Source: Pseudomonadota bacterium
GTDB lineage: Bacteria > Pseudomonadota > Alphaproteobacteria > RF32 > CAG-239
NCBI GenBank assembly: GCA_918234285.1
Contig: CAKJXZ020000032.1
Coordinates: forward strand, 1-52,085
Reading direction: 5' to 3'
Length of the DNA: 52,085 nucleotides
Shown: piece after piece, positions 1 to 10,179 of the stretch
Layout of the letters: each line of letters starts with the position of its first letter
How positions within the stretch are numbered: the first letter of the stretch is position 1
Made by a program: the position numbers and the translations under genes
The notes under the pieces: model-generated
Database searches by the model: none
Told to the model about the DNA's origin: nothing
Seen by the model: the letters and a program-made list of their open reading frames with translations, nothing else

Positions 1-252
1 CCGACTTTTCGCGGCGCTCCGGTCAAGGTAGTCAGTTGATTATCAAAGCACCAAAAACTTCCGCCGACTTTTTGCGGCGCTCCGGTCAGGGAAGTCAGCT
101 GATTATGGTGGCAAGAAAAATTTTCGCCGACTTCTCGTGGTGCTCCCTGCAAAGATGTCAGTTTATTATTTTCGCAACAGAAATTCCCGCCGACTTTTTG
201 CGGTGCTCCGGTCAGGGAAGTTAGTTGATTATCATAGCAAATAAAATTTCCT
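1..252. repeat. 63-bp coding tandem repeat, about 4 copies visible
   Basis: CCGACTT recurs at 1, 64, 127 and 190; encodes FxCxxNxLTSLxGAPxxVGxx on the minus strand. Confidence 0.95.
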
Positions 253-464
253 TTAACCGTAACTTTTGATAAGTCCGGCAGTTCGGTTAAACCTTTTTTG
301 CTCAAATCCACATCGCCTTCAATCACAAACCCATCCGGCAGGTCATATAGATTATAGGTTTTACCATTCTGCTTAATAGGTATATATGCGGAAGAATCCG
401 GATTTGTCTTATTTTCCTTGGCTGGTATTCTGTTTTTTATTTGCTTAAACAAATCTTTCAGCAT
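1..464 (-). CDS. 21-aa (LRR-like) repeat protein, 3' end runs off the window
   Basis: Manual translation from ATG at 464 (GGAG upstream), open to the window edge: MLKDLFKQIKNR...LTELPDLSKVTVKGNFICYDNQLTSLTGAPQKVGGNFCCENNKLTSLQGAPREVGENFSCHHNQLTSLTGAPQKVGGSFWCFDNQLTTLTGAPRKV. Absent from the ORF track because it has no stop in the window. Confidence 0.9.
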   Translation of the reverse strand, partial: MLKDLFKQIKNRIPAKENKTNPDSSAYIPIKQNGKTYNLYDLPDGFVIEGDVDLSKKGLTELPDLSKVTVKGNFICYDNQLTSLTGAPQKVGGNFCCENNKLTSLQGAPREVGENFSCHHNQLTSLTGAPQKVGGSFWCFDNQLTTLTGAPRKV

Positions 465-549
465 GCTCTACCGCTCCGTTATTGTCTTTATGTCTAACAT
501 AACAGAAAAATTCGTTAAAAGCAACAAATTTTTGACGAAAAAGTAAAAT

Positions 550-1029
550 TTAATGAGCCATTATACGGGCTTTTTCGCGTGCCCAATCACGTTCTTTGGA
601 GGTTTCACGTTTGTCATACAGTTTTTTACCGGTACCGAGACCGATAAGCAGTTTGGCGCGGCCGTGATTATCAAAATAAAGTTTCAATGCCACTAAAGTC
701 GTGCCCTTGCGACTTAGAGAATTAATGATTTTAACGATTTCCCGGTGTTGTAACAACAGCTTGCGATTGCCGCGTTCGGCGTGGCTGGAATAACCCTTGT
801 ATTCGTATGCAGCAATAAACATATTGGAAATATACAACTCGCCGCCCTCGATAATGCCGTAAGCGTCACGGATATTGGCGTGTCCGAGCCGGAGCGATTT
901 CACTTCGGTACCGGTCAGCACCAAACCGGCGGTATAAGTATCGCCGATGTAATAATCAAACCGCGCCCGCGGATTTTCCGCCACGGTGCCGGTTGAAATA
1001 TAATCTGATTTTTTGACTTTCTTAGCCAT
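550..1029 (-). CDS. smpB: SsrA-binding protein SmpB
   Basis: ENPRARFDY, AGLVLTGTEVKSLR, RKLLL and KKLYDKRE motifs. Confidence 0.98.
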   Translation of the reverse strand: MAKKVKKSDYISTGTVAENPRARFDYYIGDTYTAGLVLTGTEVKSLRLGHANIRDAYGIIEGGELYISNMFIAAYEYKGYSSHAERGNRKLLLQHREIVKIINSLSRKGTTLVALKLYFDNHGRAKLLIGLGTGKKLYDKRETSKERDWAREKARIMAH

Positions 1030-1457
1030 TATTTCACGGCTTTAAGTTCGCCCGTTGCTTTAGCTTCCGGCTCGGCCTTGGTTGCTTTAGCGCGCGGAAT
1101 GCAACTGCCTTCAACATAAGCTCCCGGCTCCAGCGCAATTTTGGTATAGCAAGCATTACCGATTACACGGGCATTGTTGGCCACAAACAGTTCTTCGGTA
1201 TCGATAGTGCCGTTAATCGTACCGTAAACGCTGAGCGATTTTGCCTTAATATCGCCCAAAATATAGCCGCGCGTACCGATAATCACCTCGTTGCACATAA
1301 TATTGCCTTCGAGCTTACCGTCAATATGAATGGTATCGCCGCCCCAAATATCGCCTTTGATTTTGGTGTCATAGCTGATAATACTCGGCACCGGTGTGCT
1401 CGATTTGCGGCTCATCCGAGCGATTTTCAAATAAATTAAACGTTTCAAACTGCGCAT
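1029..1457 (-). CDS. Bactofilin (polymer-forming cytoskeletal protein)
   Basis: SII...IKGDI...IHIDGKLEGNI...LEPGAYVEG beta-helix pattern; AAGGAG RBS; directly downstream of an M23 peptidase. Confidence 0.93.
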   Translation of the reverse strand: MRSLKRLIYLKIARMSRKSSTPVPSIISYDTKIKGDIWGGDTIHIDGKLEGNIMCNEVIIGTRGYILGDIKAKSLSVYGTINGTIDTEELFVANNARVIGNACYTKIALEPGAYVEGSCIPRAKATKAEPEAKATGELKAVK

Positions 1458-1468
1458 TTTAACACTCC

Positions 1469-2719
1469 TTATGATTCATTCATACTCGGAATATTTACAA
1501 ATGTCAACGGGTTCACATTACGGCCGTTGTATAAAACCTCGTAGTGCAAATGGCTACCGGTGGCGCGTCCGGTGCGTCCCACCTCGCCTATGGCTTGATT
1601 ATATCCGACATTTGCGCCTTTCTTTACATACATCTTGTTCAAGTGTGCATATCTGGTAACAAAGCCGTTACCATGGTCAATTTCCACAAAATTGCCGTAT
1701 CCGCCGCCGTTATACTCCGCTTTTACTACTCTGCCGGCTGCCGGAGCCGAGACACGACTGCCTTTGGCAGCACTGAAATCAACACCTTTATGACGAGCAA
1801 TGCGTTTTTCAAGCGGGTCGGAACGGTTGCCGAATGTTGAACTCAAACGATATTTATATACCGGTTTGCCGAGCGGAACCGCACTCATGGCGGTTTTATA
1901 CATATCAAGTAACTCTATACGTTCAAAGGTTGACGACATTTTATCCTGCAATTTTTTGCCAATTTCCACGTCTTTAAGCGGAACATATTTCCCGCCCTTG
2001 CCGTTTTTACTGCCTGCCAACGGATTAAAATACTGCTTTTGCTGACGCAGAGAATTATTTATTTCACCCAACGATTTTTTGATATCCTCGATTTCTTTGC
2101 CGGACATTTTTTCGATTTTATCCAAAATAACGATTTCTGCAGTCTCCAAACCTTTAACCGTCTGCTGCAATTTTTCCAGCTTTTCGCTCAGATTACCGAT
2201 TTTTTCTCGCAAATTATCATTTTCTTTTAATACAATATCCTTTTGAATTAAGGCTTCTTTTTTGGTTATTTTATCTTCAACCTTATCGGCATCTATCCAA
2301 TCTTCGGAGTTGGTAATCTGTTTCATCTTATCTTCTACTTCCGAAGCTCTTTCTTTATATTCCTGTAACTCATTCAGTCCGTTTCCGGCCTCCTCGACCG
2401 CCGCAACCACATCCTTGAGATTGTTTTGCAATGCCGAAACGTCTGACATTAAATCAATATAAGCATCACGAGTTTTACCGAGTTCGCGCTCTTTTTTATG
2501 AATAACGTGAGCGGAATGATGATAAGCAATATAATTGTATCCGGACCAGCAAAAAATCGCCGCCATCAATAACAAAAACCACACTTGCAACCGATGCGAG
2601 ATATTAAATACTTTGGCCCGACCGCCGCTGCGGAAAATAATTTCCTTATCTGCCAGAAACGGCTTTTTCTCGGTATATTGTACCGGTTGTTTTTTGAATT
2701 TATATCTGTTTTTTTTCAA
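1469..2719 (-). CDS. M23 family peptidoglycan endopeptidase with TM helix and coiled coil (LmdC/Csd1-like)
   Basis: HKGVDF (HxxxD), YAHL and HLHYEV (HxH) motifs; TM segment then long coiled coil. Start placed at TTG 2719 after GGAGAGG; the ORF extends to 2773. Confidence 0.93.
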   Translation of the reverse strand: MKKNRYKFKKQPVQYTEKKPFLADKEIIFRSGGRAKVFNISHRLQVWFLLLMAAIFCWSGYNYIAYHHSAHVIHKKERELGKTRDAYIDLMSDVSALQNNLKDVVAAVEEAGNGLNELQEYKERASEVEDKMKQITNSEDWIDADKVEDKITKKEALIQKDIVLKENDNLREKIGNLSEKLEKLQQTVKGLETAEIVILDKIEKMSGKEIEDIKKSLGEINNSLRQQKQYFNPLAGSKNGKGGKYVPLKDVEIGKKLQDKMSSTFERIELLDMYKTAMSAVPLGKPVYKYRLSSTFGNRSDPLEKRIARHKGVDFSAAKGSRVSAPAAGRVVKAEYNGGGYGNFVEIDHGNGFVTRYAHLNKMYVKKGANVGYNQAIGEVGRTGRATGSHLHYEVLYNGRNVNPLTFVNIPSMNES

Positions 2720-2904
2720 AAGGTTTATCCTCTCCAGCTTTTTCTGCCCCCTGTATATAATAAGATTTTGCAAAAATAAAGTCTTTTTTCAAGGTTATGC
2801 CAAACAATATACATACTCAGTTATCAATTTTAAGATGATAACCGCGCATTTTATATAGACTTTTTATTTTAGTGTCTTATCTTAATCCGTATGGAGGATA
2901 AACG

Positions 2905-4092
2905 ATGAACATGAAATTTGATCCGAAAAAAATTACGCTGAAACATATTACTTATATTGTTTTGGCCGCGCTGGCGATTTATGCGGGGCAAAAGGCTATC
3001 GGCGGTAAGAAAAACGTTGAAGATTATAAAACTCAACCGCTTAGCCTCGGTAATATTGTCGAAAGCGTTACCGCTTCCGGCACCATTAAGCCGCTTTCAA
3101 CCGTTTCTATCGGCACTCAGGCTTCGGGACGCATTGCCGAAATATACGTTGATTACAACTCCGAAGTTAAAAAAGGGCAGCTTTTGGCTTTAATTGACCA
3201 AGATAACGCCAAAGCCAACGTTGCACAGCGTGAGGCCGCGCTCGAAATAGCCCGAGCACAGGTTGAGGTTGAAGAAAACAACATAAAGTATTTCAAAAAG
3301 ATTTTAGCAAGAATTTCGCAGCTGAATGCTTCAAAATATTCCACCGAAAAGGAACTGGAAGCAGCCGAACGCGACTATGATAATGCCATGTCACAATTGG
3401 CATTGGAAAAAGCACAGGTAAAACAAGCCGAAGCCTCGCTTAACTCGGCACTGACCGAATTGTCATACACCGAAATCAAATCGCCGGTGGATGGTATTGT
3501 TATTTCCAAAGCGGTTGAAGTCGGACAAACCGTAGCCGCCAGCTTTTCCACTCCGGAACTGTTTTCGGTAGCGGAAGATTTAACCAAAATGCAAATTGAA
3601 GCATCGGTCGTTGAAGCTGATATTGCCAAGGTTAAAGAAGGACAAGTCGTGCGTTTCAACGTTGACAGCTATGCTGATGAAAATTTTTACGGTAAAGTCG
3701 TACAGGTTCGCAACGAGGCGGTTACCACTTCAAACGTTGTTTCATATACCGTGGTAATTGAAATAGACAACAGCGATATGAAACTAAAGCCGGGTATGAC
3801 CGCTAACGTTGAAATCATTACCGCAGATATTAAAGATGCGTTACTCGTACCTAATCAAGCCCTGCGCTTTTATATGAATGACGGCGATAATGCCAAACGC
3901 TATTCCGATCGCGGTATCTGGGTTATCCGTGACGGCAAACCGCAACGTATCAGCATAAAACTCGGTGTAAGTGACGATGCCAACACCCAAATTATTACCG
4001 ATGAAATCAAAGACGGCGATATTGTCATTATCTCCAGAGCCGGAGGTTTTGACAAGGCCAAAAACCCGATGAGAATGAGGATGCCGCGTTAA
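2905..4092 (+). CDS. macA: MacA-type efflux periplasmic adaptor subunit
   Basis: VTASGTIKP, V..G.QASGRI, IKSPVDGIVIS and LKPGMTANV motifs; GGAGG RBS. Confidence 0.92.
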   Translation: MNMKFDPKKITLKHITYIVLAALAIYAGQKAIGGKKNVEDYKTQPLSLGNIVESVTASGTIKPLSTVSIGTQASGRIAEIYVDYNSEVKKGQLLALIDQDNAKANVAQREAALEIARAQVEVEENNIKYFKKILARISQLNASKYSTEKELEAAERDYDNAMSQLALEKAQVKQAEASLNSALTELSYTEIKSPVDGIVISKAVEVGQTVAASFSTPELFSVAEDLTKMQIEASVVEADIAKVKEGQVVRFNVDSYADENFYGKVVQVRNEAVTTSNVVSYTVVIEIDNSDMKLKPGMTANVEIITADIKDALLVPNQALRFYMNDGDNAKRYSDRGIWVIRDGKPQRISIKLGVSDDANTQIITDEIKDGDIVIISRAGGFDKAKNPMRMRMPR

Positions 4093-4796
4093 TGAAACCG
4101 TTAATTCAGCTGAAAAATATCCGCAAAAGCTATCCGCTTGATGGCTTTGATTTGGAAATTCTCAAAGGTATTGATTTAGAAATCAATGCCGGCGAGTTTG
4201 TGGCAATCATGGGACCGTCCGGCTCAGGAAAATCGACACTGATGAATATTCTCGGATGTCTTGATACCCCTACTTCCGGCAGCTATTTATTGGAAGGGCA
4301 AAATGTCGAAAATTTAAGCCCGGACGAGTTGGCAACCATCCGCAATCGCAAAATCGGCTTTGTTTTTCAGGGATTCAACTTATTATCCCGCACTTCGGCG
4401 ATTGAAAACGTCGAATTGCCGATGGTATATGCCGGTATCGGCGATGCTGAGCGTCGCAAAAAGGCCGAAGCAGCCTTAACTAAAGTTGGCTTGGCCGAGC
4501 GTATGTATCATCAACCTAATCAACTTTCCGGCGGTCAACAGCAGCGCGTGGCAATTGCCCGAGCCATTGTTAACGATGCACCGATTATTTTTGCCGATGA
4601 ACCTACCGGCAACCTCGATACCAAAATGAGTGTTGAAATCATGCAACTGTTTTCTAATCTCAATACCGAATTGAAACGCACCATTATTTTGGTAACGCAC
4701 GAAGAAGATATTGCCCTTTATGCCAAACGTATCATTAAAATCGTCGATGGAGAAATCCACTCTGATACCATCAATAAAACAAGGAAATGTAAATGA
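4092..4796 (+). CDS. MacB/LolD-type ABC transporter ATP-binding protein
   Basis: Walker A GPSGSGKST, LSGGQQQRVAIAR, ADEPTGNLD. Confidence 0.96.
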   Translation: MKPLIQLKNIRKSYPLDGFDLEILKGIDLEINAGEFVAIMGPSGSGKSTLMNILGCLDTPTSGSYLLEGQNVENLSPDELATIRNRKIGFVFQGFNLLSRTSAIENVELPMVYAGIGDAERRKKAEAALTKVGLAERMYHQPNQLSGGQQQRVAIARAIVNDAPIIFADEPTGNLDTKMSVEIMQLFSNLNTELKRTIILVTHEEDIALYAKRIIKIVDGEIHSDTINKTRKCK

Positions 4797-6022
4797 TTGA
4801 GCTTAAGACCATTTTTAAAATTGCCATCAGAGCGATTGAAGCCAACAAAATGCGTTCGGTTTTGACCAGTCTGGGTATTATTATCGGCGTGGCGGCAGTG
4901 ATTATCTTGCTTTCCATCGGCAACGGTACTCAGCAATCCATTCAAAACGAAATGCGCAGTATGGGCACCAATCTGATTATGATTCGTTCGGGAGCATCTA
5001 CTTCCGGTGGTGCCAGAATGGGACGCGGCTCACAACCAACCCTAAAAAACGGCGATGCCGACGCCATTCAAGAGAAAGTCAATACCATAAATTTGGCCGT
5101 ACCGGTAGTTAATGACAGCGGACAGCTTGTATATGGCAGTACCAACTGGTCTACAAGCATTGTGGGTACCGATAATCGTTATTTTGAAATCAAAGAATGG
5201 GATTTGGCTTACGGCCGTTTTTTCAGCGAAAATGACATTCGTGCCGCCAATAAGGTTGTGATTTTAGGGCAAACCGTTGCCACCGAATTGTTCGGTGATG
5301 TTGACCCTTTAGGTAAAACCATCCGGGTAAAAGGCCTGCCGTTTGTGGTTATCGGCACCTTAACCGCCCGCGGCCAAAGCGGTCCCGGACAAGATCAGGA
5401 TGATATGGTTTATATTCCTCTCTCAACGGCACAGAAAAAAGTTTCCGGCACCCAGTTTCCGGATATGGTAAATCAGCTGATGTTACAAGCCAGAACTGCC
5501 GAAGATACCTACACTTCACAAGAAGAAATCAAAGCATTGTTACGCCAGCGCCATAATCTCGGCATAAACAAAGATGACGACTTTACGATTATGAATTTTA
5601 CGCAATTTATGGAAATGATGCAGAATTCATCCCAGACCATGACGATTTTCCTCGGCTTTATTGCTTCAATCTCGCTAATTGTCGGCGGTATCGGTATTAT
5701 GAATATTATGTTGGTTTCGGTTACGGAACGTACGCGTGAAATCGGTATTCGTATGGCTATCGGTGCCAAAAGTTGGGATATCAGATTGCAATTTTTGATG
5801 GAAGCACTGATTTTATCACTAATCGGCGGTTTAATCGGCGTGTTATGCGGCATAATCGGCGTGATTGTCCTGCCGAAAATAACCTCAATTACGGCAGTAC
5901 TGTCAACATTTTATGTTCTGTTGCCGTTTGGATTTTCCGGAATTGTCGGACTTATTTTCGGTTTCTTCCCGGCCTACAAAGCCTCGCTCTTAAACCCGAT
6001 AAACGCCCTCCGCTACGAATAA
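4793..6022 (+). CDS. macB: MacB-type (FtsX-like) ABC transporter permease
   Basis: RSVLTSLGIIIGV, GGIGIMNIMLVSVTERTREIGIRMAIGA, NPINALRYE. Confidence 0.95.
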   Translation: MIELKTIFKIAIRAIEANKMRSVLTSLGIIIGVAAVIILLSIGNGTQQSIQNEMRSMGTNLIMIRSGASTSGGARMGRGSQPTLKNGDADAIQEKVNTINLAVPVVNDSGQLVYGSTNWSTSIVGTDNRYFEIKEWDLAYGRFFSENDIRAANKVVILGQTVATELFGDVDPLGKTIRVKGLPFVVIGTLTARGQSGPGQDQDDMVYIPLSTAQKKVSGTQFPDMVNQLMLQARTAEDTYTSQEEIKALLRQRHNLGINKDDDFTIMNFTQFMEMMQNSSQTMTIFLGFIASISLIVGGIGIMNIMLVSVTERTREIGIRMAIGAKSWDIRLQFLMEALILSLIGGLIGVLCGIIGVIVLPKITSITAVLSTFYVLLPFGFSGIVGLIFGFFPAYKASLLNPINALRYE

Positions 6023-6025
6023 CGT

Positions 6026-6928
6026 TTATTTTCCTTGCGGCTTAGTCCACGGTTTACCGTTCAATAAAAAGTCGGGAAGTTTTTCCAAAGAAGACGCACC
6101 GGCCGCTTTAGCATGACCGCCGCCGCCGAATTCGGCCGCTATTTTGGAAACATCCACATCGTTTTTATAAGTGTAAAAAGTCAAATTCCAGCGATTTTTC
6201 TTGTTCATAAAGAAGTTGACCATAAAATCAAAATCGCGATTATTTTCCAATGAATCAAAAAATTCCGATTGTCCCTGCGCCATATTCGAACAAATGCATC
6301 TCAAGCCCTTATATTCGCTTTCAAAACCCATACCGCGCACCAGACGATAGTTGCGATGGCGCACCCACGAAAGAATGGCGTTCCCCTTCTCCACCATTTC
6401 TTTGATATTAACTTCGTTATTAATCAGCTGAGTCCAAATTTTATCGGTCGGACGATTAACTCCGAAAGTCTGCACCGCATATTCAAACGGACGCACGCGA
6501 CGATCGCGCAAATCATAGATATCGTTCAAGCCGAGCAAACGCAAACCTTCCGGCAATTCTTTATCGGGATAAAAATACTGCCAGGTCAGCACCAATGCCG
6601 CCGTTCCGGCTTCCCGTTTGCCCTTAATCGGCTCATATTCGCCATTTTTCATCAGTTCTTCGTATTCATTGATAACCGAAATATGGTGGTCAATCCAGGT
6701 GAGGTCGATTTTTTTATTCAGCTCAAACATATACTTTACCGGCAAAGCGATATCGCAAATCACGATTTTATTGTGTTTTTCGATTTCTTCATACGGAATT
6801 TCCATATCATGATTCAACCCCATCAGCTCCGTTTCCGGAAACTTAGATTTTACGATGGCGGCGGAACCTTTCCCGTCATGGTCGGCAATATGATATATAC
6901 AAAGCATCTTTTTCTCCTCACAGTTCAA
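6026..6928 (-). CDS. DHH/DHHA1 phosphoesterase (NrnB-like nanoRNase candidate)
   Basis: YH..DHDG, WIDHH and GGGH..AAG motifs. Confidence 0.88.
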   Translation of the reverse strand: MNCEEKKMLCIYHIADHDGKGSAAIVKSKFPETELMGLNHDMEIPYEEIEKHNKIVICDIALPVKYMFELNKKIDLTWIDHHISVINEYEELMKNGEYEPIKGKREAGTAALVLTWQYFYPDKELPEGLRLLGLNDIYDLRDRRVRPFEYAVQTFGVNRPTDKIWTQLINNEVNIKEMVEKGNAILSWVRHRNYRLVRGMGFESEYKGLRCICSNMAQGQSEFFDSLENNRDFDFMVNFFMNKKNRWNLTFYTYKNDVDVSKIAAEFGGGGHAKAAGASSLEKLPDFLLNGKPWTKPQGK

Positions 6929-7706
6929 TGGTTAATCCGTCATACGCCGGTTGCATAAACGGCAAGCATTGCCGCATAACCGCATCATAATCGCAATCCG
7001 GCCCCAAATGCGTAAAATATACCGCCTTCGGCCGTATCTGACGAATATAATCAAAATCTATTTTTATACCGGCATGATACAAAGTGGGTTCAATAGTCGT
7101 CAAGGGCATAATCAAAACATTAACATCAATTTTTTGCAAATAAGCCAAAGTTTGCGGTGGAATAATTTTATAATCAGGTATCAACACCACCCTGCCCTTG
7201 TTTAAGCAATAGCCGGTAGTCGTAACCGGGTGTCCGGCAAATTCCAACGGCACAACTTCAATATTGCCGATATTAAAGGCTTTTTCATGTTCTATAATGT
7301 TTGAAATCAGTTGCGGACGCGCGGTTCTTTCCTTAGAAGGGATATCTGCGAATACATATCCGAAACGTTTCCGCAACTCATCGATATGCTCGGCAACGGC
7401 ATATACATTCAGCCCTTCATGCGTATGGTAACTGAATGCGCGCAAATCATCAATACCCATAACATGATCGGCATGAGCATGCGTATATAATACTCCGTCA
7501 ACTTCGCTGATATTGCCGTCAATCATCTGATTGCGAAAATCGGCGGAAGTATCGATTAAAATACCGGTACCGTCCAGTTCAACATAAACCCCGGCCCGAC
7601 CGCGACGGTTTTTCTGGTTCTGCGGATTGCATCTGCCCCAACCGTCGGAAATCGTCGGCACTCCCGGTGCCGCACCGCTGCCTAATATAATTATCCTATC
7701 CGTCAT
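6918..7706 (-). CDS. Metallo-beta-lactamase fold hydrolase (PhnP-like)
   Basis: ILGSG...GVP and THAHADH..G.DDLR; usual neighbour of tatD. Confidence 0.92.
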   Translation of the reverse strand: MTDRIIILGSGAAPGVPTISDGWGRCNPQNQKNRRGRAGVYVELDGTGILIDTSADFRNQMIDGNISEVDGVLYTHAHADHVMGIDDLRAFSYHTHEGLNVYAVAEHIDELRKRFGYVFADIPSKERTARPQLISNIIEHEKAFNIGNIEVVPLEFAGHPVTTTGYCLNKGRVVLIPDYKIIPPQTLAYLQKIDVNVLIMPLTTIEPTLYHAGIKIDFDYIRQIRPKAVYFTHLGPDCDYDAVMRQCLPFMQPAYDGLTIEL

Positions 7707-8478
7707 CTTTCACCTTATCAAACAAAGTCAGAAAATTTTCGGTGGTTATCGCCGCAATTTCTTCAATACTCTTATTTTTTATTTCGGCCAAAATCTGCGC
7801 CGTATTTACCACATAAGCCGGTTCATTACGTTTACCGCGGTGCGGTGTAGGAGCCAAAAACGGCGCGTCGGTTTCAATCAGTAGCCGATTATTCGGAACA
7901 AAAGCAAATATTCGCCGTAATTCTTCACTCTTTTTGAAAGTAATGATTCCCGATGCCGATATGTAAAAGCCTAAATCCAGAGCTGTCCGACATAATCTCT
8001 CGGAAGATGAGAAACAATGCAATTCCCCTCTGAACGGCTGTTTCTTATAATTTTCCGTCAGCAATTTTATCATCTCGTTGTCGGCATCGCGGCTGTGCAC
8101 AATCAGCGGCAACCCGCTTTGTTGCGCTGCCTCAATATGACTTTGAAACACCTTAAGCTGTTGCGCCTTTATGTCGGCGTTATAATAAAAATCCAAACCG
8201 CACTCGCCCACGCCTACCACATACGGCGATTGTAATTGCTCCAAAATCACCTCGGCCTTAAAATTGTCATATTTATCAGCCAACTCCGGATGCAGCCCCG
8301 AGGTGGTGTATATGTTTTTATGCTTGCGGCAGAACTCGATAATCTCCGGGGTTTTCGCCACATCGTCGCTTACATCGAGAATATAATTCACTTTCATTTC
8401 GCGCGCCCGCAAAACCGTTTCTTCGCGGTCGCCGGCAAAATCTTCGGAATTTATATGACAATGGCTGTCCGTAAACAT
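7696..8478 (-). CDS. tatD: TatD family DNase
   Basis: DSHCH, GECGLDF, HSRDA, HCFS and ETDAPFLAP motifs. Confidence 0.97.
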   Translation of the reverse strand: MFTDSHCHINSEDFAGDREETVLRAREMKVNYILDVSDDVAKTPEIIEFCRKHKNIYTTSGLHPELADKYDNFKAEVILEQLQSPYVVGVGECGLDFYYNADIKAQQLKVFQSHIEAAQQSGLPLIVHSRDADNEMIKLLTENYKKQPFRGELHCFSSSERLCRTALDLGFYISASGIITFKKSEELRRIFAFVPNNRLLIETDAPFLAPTPHRGKRNEPAYVVNTAQILAEIKNKSIEEIAAITTENFLTLFDKVKDDG

Positions 8479-8479
8479 C

Positions 8480-9535
8480 TTATAACACCTTGCATATTTC
8501 GGTTAACAGCGTTATCAGCATAAAACGTTTATCCATATTTACACTGATGCAATCAGTAAATCCGCGTTGTGTTTTTTGCCAGCACTGATAAAGCGCTTCC
8601 ACATCTTTACATTCATTGACGTGTTCTTTTAAAAACCGCTGAATCAGTCCTTGTAAAACGTTGAATTTCTCGTTATCCTTGGCAATTTCCGCGGTAAAAT
8701 CAAGCATTTTGCTCATAGAATATCTGTTGCCGGCGCACAAAATTGCACACATTTCTTCGTAAATACTTACCGCATCGACATCGGCATATAAAATCGCTTT
8801 ACCGATACTGCCGCCGCTCATTTCCGCCAATTTTTGCACCATGGCCGAGCTTAAGTCCGGTCGGTAGCGTCTGAGCAAACTGGCGACTGTGGTGTTATCC
8901 AACGCGTGTATCGGCAACTTAGCACAGCGCGAACGAATGGTCGGCAACAAACTGCCGGTGTTATGACTTATAAGCAGCAAAATCGTCCGTGCCGGCGGTT
9001 CTTCCAATATTTTGAGTAGTGCATTCGCGGCATTCTTATTCATATCATCGGCACTGTCTATAATAACCACGCGCCAACCGTCATTAAATGAGGTTTTAGC
9101 CAGAAACTCATTAACTTTACGCACGTCGTCCACTCTGATGAAAGCCGAGCGTTTATATGTTGCCAACTCCGCCTCATCCGGTGCCTCTCCGTGCTTAATG
9201 GCGCTGATAATCTTCTTTTTATCGGTCTCGGTAAAATCGCGTTCCAGCACCATTAAATCCGGATGCGAACCATTGGCAACCTGTTGAAAAATCGGCGAAT
9301 TTTCCGAAATATTGAGCGAAGTGTATTCCGCCTTTTTCTTATCATCGGCGGCCAGCAAAAAACGGGCAATCTTATATGCCAAGGTTGCCTTACCCACCCC
9401 TTGCGGTCCGTTCAAAATAAAAGCATGATGCAGAGTGTCGGTTTTATAGGCACGCAAAAAAATCTCCTGAGCTTCGTCCTGTCCCAGTAAAAAATTATTG
9501 TTACGTGGTGTTATGCTCAGTTCTTCTTCCGCCAT
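8480..9535 (-). CDS. holB: DNA polymerase III delta' subunit
   Basis: GPQGVGKAT, HPD, NAANALLKILEEPP, LLPTIRSRC; follows tmk. Confidence 0.95.
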   Translation of the reverse strand: MAEEELSITPRNNNFLLGQDEAQEIFLRAYKTDTLHHAFILNGPQGVGKATLAYKIARFLLAADDKKKAEYTSLNISENSPIFQQVANGSHPDLMVLERDFTETDKKKIISAIKHGEAPDEAELATYKRSAFIRVDDVRKVNEFLAKTSFNDGWRVVIIDSADDMNKNAANALLKILEEPPARTILLLISHNTGSLLPTIRSRCAKLPIHALDNTTVASLLRRYRPDLSSAMVQKLAEMSGGSIGKAILYADVDAVSIYEEMCAILCAGNRYSMSKMLDFTAEIAKDNEKFNVLQGLIQRFLKEHVNECKDVEALYQCWQKTQRGFTDCISVNMDKRFMLITLLTEICKVL

Positions 9536-10179
9536 TAAATTCCCAATCTCTCCTCTATAACCCGCACAATTTGCCGATGAATGGTTTCAATATCGGCTTC
9601 GGCATTAATAACCGCACAGCGCTCCGGCTCCCGCGCGGCAATTTCCAAAAAACCGCGCCGCAGATTGTGATGAAACTCCATCTGTCTACTCTCAAAACGC
9701 AGTTCTTTAACTTCCATGGTTGCAGCCTTGGCTAACGAGCGCTTCATCCCGATTTCAGGGTCTATATCCAAAATAATTGTCAAATCCGGCTTAAAATCTC
9801 CGGCCACGATTTTATACAGCCCCTTAAGTGTGGCTATATCAACCCGCTTGTCATAACCGTAATACTGATACGCCTCGGTCGAGTCCGCATAACGGTCGGA
9901 AATAACCCACTTACCTTCTTTAAGTGCCGGCCACACCACCTTATTGAGATGGTTGCGCCGATCGGCATAATACAACAGACATTCACTTATGGCATCGAAT
10001 TTATCTTTGTCACCGGTTACCAAAAGCTGTCGCAAAACCTGCCCTTCGGGCGTTCCCCCCGGTTCTTTGGTCAACACCGGCGCAATCCCTTTGCTTTGTA
10101 AATATTCGGCTAAAAGCTTTACTTGCGTCGATTTACCGCAACCGTCTCCGCCTTCAAACGTAATGAAACGTCCGCTCAT
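9535..10179 (-). CDS. tmk: Thymidylate kinase
   Basis: FITFEGGDGCGKSTQ, EPGGT, DRYADST.AYQ, PDLT. Confidence 0.98.
   Translation of the reverse strand: MSGRFITFEGGDGCGKSTQVKLLAEYLQSKGIAPVLTKEPGGTPEGQVLRQLLVTGDKDKFDAISECLLYYADRRNHLNKVVWPALKEGKWVISDRYADSTEAYQYYGYDKRVDIATLKGLYKIVAGDFKPDLTIILDIDPEIGMKRSLAKAATMEVKELRFESRQMEFHHNLRRGFLEIAAREPERCAVINAEADIETIHRQIVRVIEERLGI

Noticed and set aside
1-252. 63-bp periodic repeats as a CRISPR array
   Set aside because: Units are degenerate along their whole length, have no unique spacers, keep frame and translate as a protein repeat; no cas genes are present.
465-549. tmRNA next to smpB
   Set aside because: The spacer is short and AT-rich, holding only promoter/RBS-like sequence; no tRNA-like ends.
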